Shown here piece by piece: positions 51,945 to 64,000 of a stretch of 64,000 nucleotides of DNA. The notes below the pieces were generated by a model. That model saw nothing but the letters and a program-made list of their open reading frames with translations. It had not been told where the DNA came from and searched no databases. Source of the stretch: Hamiltosporidium tvaerminnensis FI-OER-3-3 (Eukaryota > Fungi > Microsporidia). Numbering within the stretch: the first letter of the stretch is position 1; the number at the start of each line of letters is the position of its first letter. The translations under genes and the position numbers were made by a program. The stretch is from the NCBI GenBank assembly GCA_022605425.2, contig CM061248.1, positions 62,001-126,000 of the forward strand, read 5' to 3'.

Positions 51945-52640
51945 TACATTATTTTATAATAGTAAATATTTTATTTTTTCATGGCAGTAATGCATTCCTA
52001 GGTATTACATAGATAACTGCTTTCCAATACTCATTTGGTATTTCTTATATGTCTAAATTAGAAAGGTTTCAAGCTGTAAGGCAGTTAAAGCTTATTTAAT
52101 CGGCGAAGAAGTTGACCAAAATGATATTATACGTTGAAATAAATGAGTTGCAAGTCGAAACCCACCCGAAGCTTTCTAGTAAATTGCAGCACCCCGGGTT
52201 ACTCTAAAATTTTCGAACCAAGCAAAATTTCTGTTAAGATATATCTCGGCGAGTTACTTAGTGTCTACATAGACTTTGAAATGTCATACAAACAGGTATA
52301 ACCAACTACAAATCTTTATGAATTTTAAAGGTCTTTTTTTGTATTTCCCGGGTGCTAAGCCTCCTAATTTGAGTTAGCAAAGCTTTGTTCTATGCTTTTA
52401 CGCATCAACTTCCTATAAATTTAACTGTAGTATACAATTTATTGCCTAAAAAACCAAATTTTCTAAAAATTCTCGAAATTTTGTAGACTTTCTTCTTACT
52501 CATACGAACTCAAGTAAAATTACAGGAATTAAAGTGAGGTTCTTCACCTCAACAATTATCCAAATAATTATTTCATACATCAATTTCATTAAATTATCGA
52601 AAAGCCGATGGTTTCTATAGTAGTTATTCCATTTTTACTA
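51945..52640 (-). mobile_element. SINE-like element, copy 6 (degenerate)
   Basis: TTCATGGCAGTAATG, ATAACTGC, TAAGATATATCTC, AATGTCATACAAACAGGTATAA, GGTGCTAAG, TTTGTAGAC. Confidence 0.75.
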
Positions 52641-54344
52641 AAAACTAATAAAAATTTACATTACAGTTAAATTTTCTAAATGTTTATCGAAATATAAGTA
52701 AGAAGGAAATAAAATCTGATTCAATTCTTTTATAAAGAAACATATAATTTAATCTAAAAGTAAATATTCTTCTATTTTTGCTTTTTAAGAGATTTTTGAG
52801 TATGTTAATTTTTGTAAATTATACAGCGAATTTAATTTATATTTTGAATCAATAACACAATAATATATGTTTCAGAAAGCCTTCAATCTATTGTCCTGTA
52901 CAACCAGTTAGATATCTTTTTTTATTAAAAATATAAATAGATCAACGAATACTAAGACATAATTTCTTTTAACAATGAAATTCAATTAATTATAAATCAA
53001 AAATTATTAAATCTTTACTGATATTTATAATTTTTTTACAAATTTGTTTGCATTTTTTCTGTCATTCTTAAGTATTTATAAGAATAGCAATAAAAATTTA
53101 ATTTTTATATAAATATATTTCCATTTTTAGATTCAATTATTAGAAATATAACAATATATACCGCAAATCTAAATTTAATACTGACTAAATATATTACAAA
53201 AACAATTGATCAAATTGAATTATCAGATGCAATAGAATATTCTTTTTCGTGTATTCTAATATTTTTGGTAAAATACAATAGAAATGAATTTATCTAACTT
53301 TAATTTTAATCAATAAACCATATATTTTAACAAAATTATTATATTTACACTTTTGAAAAAATACATGTAAATTTATTGTTTAAATATAAATTTTAACTGC
53401 TCTTTAATTGAATAAAAGTTAAGTCATTTAGCCACATTAGACATAAATCTTTCCAAAGCTTTAAAATTATTTTAGAATTATTCTAGATAGTTAACTTGAT
53501 TCGAAAAACATATTTTACGATAATTAACAAGACGAAACCTAGTTTCGTTTTGGTTATAGATTTACTTCATATAAATATAATAGAATAAAACTCTTACAAA
53601 ACGAATGTAATGCCATTATAGTTTGAAAATAGTAGAAATTGAGTATGAAGAAATAAAATCTGACTGTGAAATACTTAATAAGAATTTATAGTAAATATTT
53701 TTAGTTTATATACTAAACTAAATAAGATTGGTTTGATTAAATTACTAAAAGATTCGATTCAAATTGTTAAAACGAAAAAAATGAGAAACTAAGAATTCTT
53801 GAATATTGACATGAATGTATTTATGAGGGCGTTACAAGGATATTTCTCATTCAATGACCTAAGACTACACTAATACAATATACCATTGAATATGATTTAT
53901 GAGGTCTAAATACCAAATTATAATACAAGCGTATTTATTGTCGAAAAGTTTAAAAAGACAACCAAATCAATTTATTTTGATTAAAAAGAGAGCACTGATT
54001 TCAGGATCAAATGTTTATCAGAGTGGCAATAATCCATCACTGCATGTCATACAAGTAACAGAAAGACTTTAAAAACCTATAACTCATTTAAAATTTGTAG
54101 GAACGAGATAGAAAAATTAAGACAATAAAGAAACAAAGTACAGAATCACTGATTTTGAAAGATAGTCTTGAAGATCAATATTTCTAAATAAATTAAAAAT
54201 TGAGACTGATATGAGAAATGTTTATTGAAGTTTCCTGAGCTAAAATTATTCCTCAAATAGAAAACAAATAACTCTTGTTCGTATAAAGATATATTTAGTT
54301 TTTAGAAATATTATCGAAAATAAATTTATTACGAAATTAAGAGT

Positions 54345-54900
54345 TGTACCACTTGTTCAATCATTCGACAATCACTAATTCCTTCCCATCTTTTTTTTGT
54401 GAGTTTTCTTTTTATTTTTCTTTTGTTCCTGATTATCCGATTTTATCACTAGTTTATCATTACCAATGGCTTATCCTCCTTATAAATGCCTTCTATGTTA
54501 TCTTGTTTGTTTTTAATTTTTTGAATACACAAGGTGATTTCATCAGATATATTTCTAACATAATTCTCATGCAAATTATTTTCCATGGTTCTTTCGAAGC
54601 TACCAGATACTTTTTTATTTTTTTTATTATTTGTTTTTCATCTATTGTGGATGAAAATTTCAAGTATAGTGGTTTTTCAATTCGAATTCCTTAAAATTTT
54701 TATGAAGCATTCAATACATTTTCTTTATTATGTTTATAGGTCTTGCTCAACTGACTTCGTAATGTTCTTAGAGATGTTTTCATATTTGGATATTCTCCCA
54801 AAACAGTATAAGACTCTTTACACTTTTCATTGTTTGTTTATATTTTGCCAAATAAATACTTTTCCTTCTTTTGATCCCTTTGTTTTAAAAATTATACTTT
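54345..54900 (-). mobile_element. Possible decayed gypsy-type pol fragment (RNase H to integrase zinc finger)
   Basis: Weak remnants only, e.g. TMENNL followed by a Cys/Lys-rich segment; many stops. Confidence 0.3.
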
Positions 54901-55270
54901 GATGATCAAAAGTATAAGTCTGAATATCAAAATAAAAAGAATACGAAGAGAATTATTATGAACAGCTCCTGTGGTTTTTTTATTCAATATTAATTCGATA
55001 TTAAATAAAGAATTAAAATAATTTATCTTTAATACAATTTTTAATTTAGAAAATTTTGAAATAAAACAATGATTTTAAATTTCTTCTGAGATAAAAAACC
55101 AATAATAGTCTATCTTGTTCTATGGTTTATAATAACTTTCAAAAACCGAAATATGTTATTACAAAATAATTTATCGAGTGAATAAAAAGATTTAAACAAG
55201 TGCTAATTCAAAGTTCTGTACATACCAAGCTTTTAAAATATTTAATATAATTTACTGTAATTTTTATGAA

Positions 55271-56000
55271 CTTTATTTAAAAGTATCACATCTTTTTTAA
55301 AACCGTGGCAAGTGTTATATTTGTTTTCATGACATTAACGCAGTTCTAGGTTTAACATAAATGACTGCTACCCCAAAACTCCATAAGTAACCCCTGCGAT
55401 ACCTACGTCCCAAAGCCTTTCATTTACCAGGTGTGTAGAACCTAATTACTAGGCGAGGCAGTTGCCCGGAGTTCGTTAATGTCCGTTGCATGGAGTGTGA
55501 TCAAAGGCCGAAGCCCCCCTGGGCTCCCCCAAGACTATGCAGCATTCCCACTTACTCTACACTTTCTGAACCCAATAAACTTCTAGCTAAGATATATTTC
55601 AGAGATTTACATGAGGTCAGCCTAGATAGTGGAATGTCATACCAACAGGTATAATCTGCTACTTAGCTTTCCTGGTTTTTAATGGTTTTCTTTTTTATAT
55701 ATCCTAGGCGCTAATTCTTCTAACCAGAATAAGCAAGGCAAGATTTCCATGCTTTAACATGGCAATTACCTAACACTTTTAGCTGCAGTCTCCGATCAAA
55801 TTATATAAAAAACTACAAATAAATTTGTAGAAAAAGTTTCGCCCTTTCGTAGACCTCTCCTCCTCATAACAACTCCCATAGAACAGCCGAAAATGCAGCG
55901 TGGTTTTATTCCCACATAAACCCAAACAATGATCTTACACCAGTTTCACACACTCATTGCCAAGCAGAAAGTTTTTTATGTGGTTATCCTCCCTCCACCT
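55271..56000 (-). mobile_element. SINE-like element, copy 7 (best preserved, 730 bp, 11-bp TSD)
   Basis: Flanked by ATTTTTATGAA at 55260-55270 and 56001-56011; 3' end ...GATACTTTTAAATAAAG. Confidence 0.92.
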
Positions 56001-57029
56001 ATTTTTATGAATATCTTTAATATAAAATAAATATACAAATATAATTTGAATCTGATTTGAAAATCAAAATTGTTTTAACCTTCTATTTTGAATAAAATTA
56101 CTCGTTCAAATCTCGAATTAAAAAAAATCTGATTAAATTAATGAGTAATAATTTAATCTTTATCAAAACAGAAAACTTGTAAATTAAAGTAAATTTATAT
56201 TTCTATTTTGCTTGACTGACTTTTTTAGAGTTAAATTTCTATAAAAATTACTAATTCACATTCAAATTTTGTGTAAGAAACAAATTATATATAAATTTTA
56301 TAAAAAGAAATCCTTGTGCACCATAAAGCTGATATTTTAATTATAAATAAAACAATTTATACATTTTTATGTCGTAATTTTCACTTACTTGGATTGAATA
56401 CTTTTCCATATAGATTTCACCAAGTTCTTTACATTGACTTAATTTTTATTGTACGGACCTAAACTCGTTTTGAATCTTATTAACATGACTTATGATTAAG
56501 TATATTTTATATTTTTGTTAGTTTAAATTTTATATATATAGATGATTTTTCTTAATGTAATATATGTTTCTCAAGTATTCCAGAATTTTTAGATTCAATT
56601 TTTATCTTTTTAGTCTTGAAAAACGATCTAAGTTGAGTATTATTAATCGCGGAATACTTTGTTGTTTGTGATAGCAAGATTTTTTAGAATATTTTATGAT
56701 ATTTCTTTATTATAACATCACGGGTTTCAACAAAGAGATCACATAGTAGTAAATTGAGACATAAAATATTTATTTTCTTAAACATTCTTTCGCTTCTTTT
56801 TTTGTTTAAATTATTTGAAGTAGAGCTTTTAAAGCGATTAAATCCTAAATGTACTTTTTATGTAATTACTATTAAAATATAAATATCTGCACTATCACTA
56901 AAGTTTTATAATATTATTTTCATGTCAATTTTAAATATTTACTTGCTTATTTCATTCTTTTTTTACTTCTCGGTGTGAAAAATGACCAAATATAATTTTC
57001 TATTCGTTTCTTTTAATCTGTTGTAACTC

Positions 57030-57155
57030 GAAATTATAGGGGAAATAGCTATAGATCCAGTATGGTTTATATCCTGGTAAAATGGAAAAAAATGATTTTC
57101 TTACAATTTAATAGACTTATTTCCGGTAAATATTTTTAGGTTGTTATCCTCCCTA
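57030..57155 (-). mobile_element. SINE-like element, copy 8 (5' fragment, degenerate)
   Basis: GTTATCCTCCCT head motif plus the CAGTATGGTTTAT...AATGAT segment in the expected order. Confidence 0.45.
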
Positions 57156-57884
57156 TACTTCCTCTAATATAATAATTCATTTTAAGTCATTAATACATAA
57201 ATATATAGTCTTTAAATTTAAAGTTTAAATTAAACATTTATTTGCAAAACTTGGATGCGATCAATGAGATTTTTCATTATAAATGCTGGTATGTTTATGG
57301 AAAGTATTTTATTTATATATTTCTACAGTATAAATCGATTTTCTGACATACCAATTTTATTCATTTTTTTGTAGAAACACATTAAAATTTACAATACAGC
57401 AAAAAAACGGATTGATCGTTCAGCTTTATGTTCTCTTTTATAACGATTTACAAGGGCTACTAATACTGTAATGCACATATTCCTTGTCAATATATAACAA
57501 TAAACAATATCTTTCTAATTCATTTCTTTATACATGTCGATCGTTCTTGCTTCTTGCGAACTTTCATTTTGGATTAAGTTATATTCTAAATTTGATGTCA
57601 TTAAGTCTTATAGCCATTCATTCACAGTGTTATAATCCCTCTTTATATTCCAGATAGCTATTTCCCTAAATATTTTTGTTTCTTTATTCTTGCCAGAGAA
57701 TTCAAAGTCAAAAAACATACATATCTTAAAATTTTAAGAATGCATTTGGTAAAGATATCCACATAAATGTCAATAATAATCAAACTAAACTAGGCAATTC
57801 TTTCTTTTAAATTATAAACCCAAGCATTTGCCATTACTCTAAACCAATCGTAAAGATTTATTACAAAAAAATTTAAAAATATTA

Positions 57885-58545
57885 TTTTCGAAGCAAAAAT
57901 AGTTACAAGTGTTACATTGTTTTCCTGACATTAACGGAGTTCTAGATAGTACATAGCTATCTGCTCTCATCATTCATTTGTTATCCTTAAATGTCTGCAT
58001 TATAAATATTTTTATCTAAAAGGCATATTAGCCTATTTAATGGGGAAGTGGTTGCCATAATTTTATTGTTCAAAGCCTGAAGTGTGATAGATATTCGATA
58101 GTTACCCAAAGTTTTCCATTGACTAGCAGCGCTAATACCCACCATACACCTTTAGAACAAAATAAACTTTAAGTTAAGATATATCTTGAAGACTTAAACG
58201 GATTCATAGGCAGCAATTTATATCAACCGTATAATTCGAATCATTCCCCGGATTTTTTAAAAGTTTGTTTTTGGAATTTCCGAAGGCTTAAGTATTTTAG
58301 TTCAAGGAAAAAGGCTAGGTTTTCATGTTTTTACAATATAATTTCCGTAAATTTCAACTGTGATTTTAAATCTTTTTTATATAATATCTTCATAAATATA
58401 TCTAAATTATGGGTTTGATTTTCTGATGAGCTATTGAAAATATAGTTGTATTTACTTTAACAGTAACAATTTTATACTATATAATATGCAGTTTATTGCG
58501 TTATCTAAAATAAATTTATTAATATGGTGTTTTCTTCTAACTTAC
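57885..58545 (-). mobile_element. SINE-like element, copy 9 (degenerate)
   Basis: CAAGTGTTACATTGTTTTCCTGACATTAACGGAGTTCTAG, TAAGATATATC, AAGGCTAGGTTTTCATG. Confidence 0.75.
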
Positions 58546-58549
58546 GGAT

Positions 58550-61000
58550 GTTTTTTTGCGCCGTAAGGCTAATTCCTATCAAGATAACATATTTTTAGAC
58601 GAAATATTACATTATCCTGGATGCAATAAAAATATTAATTGTTAAGGATAGGTTGATCTTTGCTCTAAGCAGATTTAGTTCGGATTTTACGAAATAATAT
58701 CATAAAAATACTCGATTTCTCAAATTTCGCGATATAAGTTTAATTTGAACCTTAGAATATGCTATTGTGAAGATAAAAGAGAGATTATTGTCAAGAAATG
58801 ATCTCTTTGGTCTTTTAAGCATGTTCTCATTAAATATTGAATCCGAAATCGATCTGTGTAAATAAAGCAACATTGATGGTCTAAAATACGCTTTCTACAT
58901 ACTTCTCTAATATTAATGAAATTTTTTAGTAAGAGCCTTGTGATCATACTTAAAATCGATATTTTCTTTAATTAAGGTATTATATTCTTATTTTATTCAA
59001 TTTCTAGAGAATTTTGGTTCTATATCTATTTACTAACTATAATGCAGAACGTATGGTTTTAAACAATTGATTTCCTGTAAAATATTGTCTCAAAAAGAGA
59101 AAATCGCGAGCTTAATATATATTTTATTATACTTTTGTATTTCGTTTAGTTTTCTTCGATCGGTAAAATAAAAATTATATATCAAGTTTTTCTATAAATA
59201 TAATTACTTGATATATGTGCAAACAATAATTCTGATCATTTTTCATCTATTATTTCGAATGTATATTCTAGCTCTTATTATCTCTTTATATTGGAAATAT
59301 CAAATCTACTAAAATTCGACATCGTCTTCAGGACTTTTATTCTATTCTGTAAGTATAAATCGATTTTAGTCTCGAATTTCTATGGGCCAAATGATAATTT
59401 TTTTCATAACATAATTTATAGCTTTGAGCTGTTTGATTAAAAAAACTTATCTAATTAAACTATTTAACCGAACTATTTCTGTGCATATTTTCAAGGTATA
59501 CTTGGAGTATTCTCTTGTTCGAAATATGATTTTGAATGAGCTGATATCTCATGAGAGTATCTTGGTTTAAGTAAGAAGACCATTTTAGCTAGGAAAATTA
59601 TTTTTCTCTCTTGTAAAAACTATGTCATGAGCAATCTTGTATGACATATTGTTAAAATAATTCAGTAATTTTTTTAAATTGAAATATATACTCAAGTATT
59701 TTTGAAGTAAGTCTACTTATAGCTTTCTGCTATACAAGTATATTGCCTATTAGATGGAATAATGTCAATCTTTGTTTAATAGCTAGACTGTATATTTTAA
59801 CTCTTAGATGGTGTTCTAATCATCAACTATATTTTCTAAAATTTATGTAAATTTATAATTTATCAGAATGGTATCTTGCGAGAAGAATATCTTACCAGGA
59901 CCTTTATGCCAACTAAAAAAGATTTGCTATCTATTTTTCCTATATAAGAGTTTCCTGTCTCAATAGGCAAATGCAATCACATTTTGTTATTTAAAAATCA
60001 TGTATAGCCTTGATACAGGATTTTTTATGATTTTTTTTATCAACATATCCTTCGATGAGATAATTTCCTTCTAATCTTCTTAGGACATGCAATTAATTCA
60101 GGTTTCGATCTCTTAATATTTTTTGAAATGTAATTTTTCTTATCACTGTTATAATTTAAAGTTTTAGGAAAGTTTTTCTTTTGAATTAAGTTTTCGGATC
60201 TAAGAGATATCTACTATAGCAATTTATATACTTTAATTTCATTGGGAGTAAATATTTAAAATTTCCCAGGATATAATTCTTACTTTTTGCCAAAAATGAT
60301 AGTGATTATATATTTCGATCTTCGTATGGTTTTCACGAATTTGTATTATATATACATGTGTGGGTTTAGATATATTAAAGATGTCGATTTAAAAAAAAAC
60401 TGGATGTTCAGGTTTTTTCTAGAACTTTATTTTTCTAACCATTTCATTTCCTTCTAAATAATTAGGTAGCTGCTCAAAAAATATCACAGTTTCAAAATTT
60501 CTTCATTTTTTTATTCAGGTCATATGATATTATTATAGCCTATCAGGCTTTTTTGTCTCTAATACAATTAGCTATAAAACGAAAGTTTATTTCTTATATA
60601 TTTATTCCAATTATTATCATTTTGGATCTTTCTCTTTCCATCTCTGCTTATATTCAATATTTAGCTAAGAAAATTTGTAGAATATTCAGATACTTATGTA
60701 AAAAATTATTTGATTCAGCCAGGCCGTTCTTCCTATGTTTCTTACATCATAAGTCGCAACTAAAAATTCTTTTATACTTCATTTTGCTCTATTTCCTAAA
60801 TTCTCGATATTCTACATTTTTTCGGTTTTCGAGGTTTTTTTTCTTGGGATTTAGATGGCCTATCGCTGATTGGTTAAAGTAAAGCATTTGGCTTTGATTT
60901 TTTTATTTCTGTATCATTAAGCTCAGTGAGTTTCTTATGCCTGTTTGTTTTTACACATTCATGATCTTGTTGCGCGTCTCTTTATGAAATTTATTTTGTC
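58550..61000 (-). mobile_element. Very old, possibly near-complete R4/Dong element relic
   Basis: Scattered minus-strand remnants in the expected order (KNYHL...RLYL-like, RILDH..C-like, K.Y..L..EL-like); no intact frame. Confidence 0.4.
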
Positions 61001-62193
61001 TATAATCGCCTAAAATTTATTCAAATTATTTATTTATTGGAGCCTAAATTTTATTAAAGTTATATCTAGAATTGATTTTATTTTTCTGAATATCTATTTA
61101 TATACTTCATCTATCATATTTTAACACCGATAATAATGTTTATCTCAATTTTATTGTTTAGTATATATTAAAATGCTTTGTCTTAACTTCATATTTATGT
61201 AGAACAAATCATTTTATACTCAGCGTCTCTAAAACGCGAATATAAATAGCAGCAAACAATTTCTTAGCGTTATAAGAACATGATGAATATATTTATAATT
61301 CGCCTCGCCTAGTGATTGCTATGTGACTTTCTTACAAAGAAAATTTTACATAGCAATCTTATTTTTGCTTTCTAAGAAAACAATCATTCCAAAACAATGA
61401 TAATTCGCTTATAAACAAATGAATTTTTTTAAAAAGCCGTTCTTCGACAAATTTCTTATCTATTGGTATTTAGGTCTCCGTACACAACTTCTAGGCTACA
61501 TTGGGGCAATTATCAAACCTATCTTTATAATCTATTCTTCTGTCCTCTTATTCTCTTTGTTTTTATCTTGGTTAAATCATTTACAAATATCAAGGTAGTG
61601 TTATAAAATCAACTATATCTTTAACATAATTTTTCGTCTATTATTCTCTCGGAAATATAATTTTACGTGTTCGTTAAATATGAATGTTGGTCTATATATT
61701 ATTATTATAATAAATAGTTTTAAGATTAGCTTTTCGTTATTTTTTAGATTGAGTCTTCAAATACACAAGTTTAAAAATCAATTATTATGAACAATTATAG
61801 TTAATTTATAAAAAAAATGTTCTTCTTAATTATAATTTTTAAAAAATTTAGTTTCTTTTAAATTAAATTTAATTGGTGTCTTCATTTCTTTCAAAAATAT
61901 TTTTAATTCTTTCGTTGTAAGTTGTATTAAAAATATGTAAAATAATTGTTTTTACGAACTTAATTTATGAAATACCAAAATAAGATATCAATAAAGGTAG
62001 CTGATGAAAAAATATACAAAAATACACCAAAAATAGAACTTAATAAGGCATTGACTATTTCCATGTTCTTTATAATAATCCTCCTTATAAAAATATTTTA
62101 AACCAATGAAAAAAGACAACAAAAAAAGTATCAATTATATGACCGATCAAATATTTTTTTTAGTAATAAATTGTGTTTAGAGACCCATTTTAA

Positions 62194-62763
62194 ATGAAAG
62201 AAGGCGGTTTTTTATTAGAGAAAGACGAACAAAAGAAAATCGATCCAAAGAAAGATAAAGATATTATTTTGCCGTATGAGAACAACGCAAGTTGTAAATT
62301 CTGTAGTAATTTAAATATCGATGATGAAATGCACAATATTTTCGGAATTTTTGTATGCAGAGATTGCAGATATAAAGAATTGAAATTTATTACCAAAACA
62401 TCGTGTAAGAAAGACTATTTACTTACAGAAGAAGAAATATCAATATTTAGATATTTGGTTAGACCAAATCCGCACAAAGGGAATTGGAGTGATATGAATT
62501 TATATTTAAAGAACGAAATAGAAGCGTTTTCATTGAATAAGTATAAATCATTTGACTTACTTGAAGAGGAAAAAAAGATACGATTGGATAATCGACAGAA
62601 AAAAAATAAAAAAAAGTTTATTGGTAAAATTAGAGATTTAAAAAGAAGAACGCGTATATCTAAGAAAGAAATTAAAGAAGAAAAACATGTTCATAATTTT
62701 ATTACTGTAGATGGAGTTACTAAATGTTCCTGTGGTATGGTTATTGAAATGGAAGATATTTAA
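62194..62763 (+). CDS. RAD14: DNA damage recognition protein XPA/Rad14
   Basis: GGFL N-terminus, C4 zinc finger CKFC...CRDC, ITKTSCKKDYLL, PNPH..WSDMNLYL and C-terminal HVHNF...CSCGM. CCCATTTTAA-ATG start. Confidence 0.95.
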   Translation: MKEGGFLLEKDEQKKIDPKKDKDIILPYENNASCKFCSNLNIDDEMHNIFGIFVCRDCRYKELKFITKTSCKKDYLLTEEEISIFRYLVRPNPHKGNWSDMNLYLKNEIEAFSLNKYKSFDLLEEEKKIRLDNRQKKNKKKFIGKIRDLKRRTRISKKEIKEEKHVHNFITVDGVTKCSCGMVIEMEDI

Positions 62764-64000
62764 CAAATAATTCTTTTGTGATACTTTAACATGTGATTTT
62801 ATTTTAAAAATGTTAAAAATATAAAATACCTGTATTAAATATTTCAATAAAGAAAGCCTTCTTAATGTGAATTAGAATAATTGGTTTCTACTGTTTTATA
62901 GAATTGAAAAACAGCGGTGTTCAGTTTTTATTCATAAAATTATGGACTAGATGGCTATTATAAATTAATAATTGTCACGGGTCAATAAACCATCGTGTCC
63001 AATAGAACCTACGTTATTTCTTCTACTCTTTATAAAGCTGAGAACACAGCCAACACCCTATACTTTTTATAAAGCCCTACAATTACCATACCCTTATAAC
63101 CTATTTATCCTGGTTATTCATATACATCTTCTGATTCATATTCCTTCCTATTATTTCTTTTTCATCCTTTCTTGTCATTTTTTTGTGTTAAAAATTTAGG
63201 ATGTGTTTAATATGAAATAATGTTCTCATTCTTTTTCCCATTTTATTTTTTTGCTTTTGTTATGTTTGTAAATTAAAGAACTCATTTTAAACTTATAGAA
63301 AATGCCCCTAAACAACTTAAATGGTTTAAAAATTTATTTAAAGTTTTACTTCCGCGTTTTTCTCTTCTTTTATGTTTTCATTTTACATATAAAAAAGTGT
63401 AGTGCATAGTAATTTCAATGCCAAAAATGTAAGTTGTAGAAAAATAAGTACCAACAACATATTTAAAGCTGCAAATATACAGGATTGTATAAACGTACGA
63501 ATACAAAAGTTAAAATGATTAAAATTCTGAATTATAATATAAGTGACTTATATACAAAAACTTTTCAAAGTAGTAAGATAACTAACAAGACTTCACAATA
63601 AACAAAATATTCATTAAATTTTCTGTTTTTAACTTTATTATTTCGATTGAAATATAATCTGAAAACAGCCAAAATTTTAAAAAATTACTTTCGAAATCCT
63701 AATAACCTGTTCTGTATCAAAGTTATACAAGAAAGATTTCTCGAGCCAAAGGCAAATCGAATGCACCAATCAGATCATAAAATGATGGCTTGGAAGTACA
63801 TTGCAAAAAACTTGTAAGAAAGATGGATTGAAAATCTTAAATATGTTGTATAGGTATAACAAAACAATGCATAGAGCAACAAACAATCTATATTTATGCT
63901 TTGCTTCGAAGTAGAACGGTTTACTAATTCAATTTCAGGATGCATAATGACTAAACGAAATGGTATAATCGTATCTTCTATTGTAATAGATTTTTATACA

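Noticed and set aside
53950-54250. Possible further R4/Dong N-terminal fragment
   Set aside because: Only vague resemblance; no diagnostic motif.
55585-55615. AAGATATATTTCAGAGA resembling group I intron R/S elements
   Set aside because: Wrong order and spacing, no P3-P7 core found, and not inside a gene.

Overview
AT-rich, gene-sparse eukaryotic DNA. It is most consistent with a large-genome microsporidian (Hamiltosporidium-like). This is inferred from compact intron-less genes, CCC motifs just upstream of start codons, and the protein and transposable-element content. Recognisable genes: a reduced Prp45/SKIP, a 56-aa HSBP1-like small ORF missed by the ORF track, a Sos7/Kre28-like kinetochore protein, a NIPA Mg2+ transporter with a Cys-rich N-terminus, TatD, Mif2/CENP-C, an HP1/Swi6-like chromo+chromoshadow protein and XPA/Rad14. 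Several lineage-specific, probably secreted proteins and a fragmented LRR gene are also present. Intergenic DNA holds many decayed transposons: R4/Dong-type non-LTR elements (one with a poly-A tail and 14-bp TSD), RTE-clade pieces, Tc1, a KRBA2/Ginger-like integrase, and possible MULE and gypsy relics. The most striking feature is a non-coding ~700-730 bp dispersed element present about 9 times in 64 kb. It has defined ends, an AAATAAA 3' end, an 11-bp TSD in the best copy, and many predicted RNA helices including a UNCG-capped hairpin. It is a candidate structured-RNA SINE-like family, possibly mobilised by the R4/Dong LINE. All family assignments come from motif recognition by eye; no database searches or folding programs were run, and boundaries of decayed elements are approximate.
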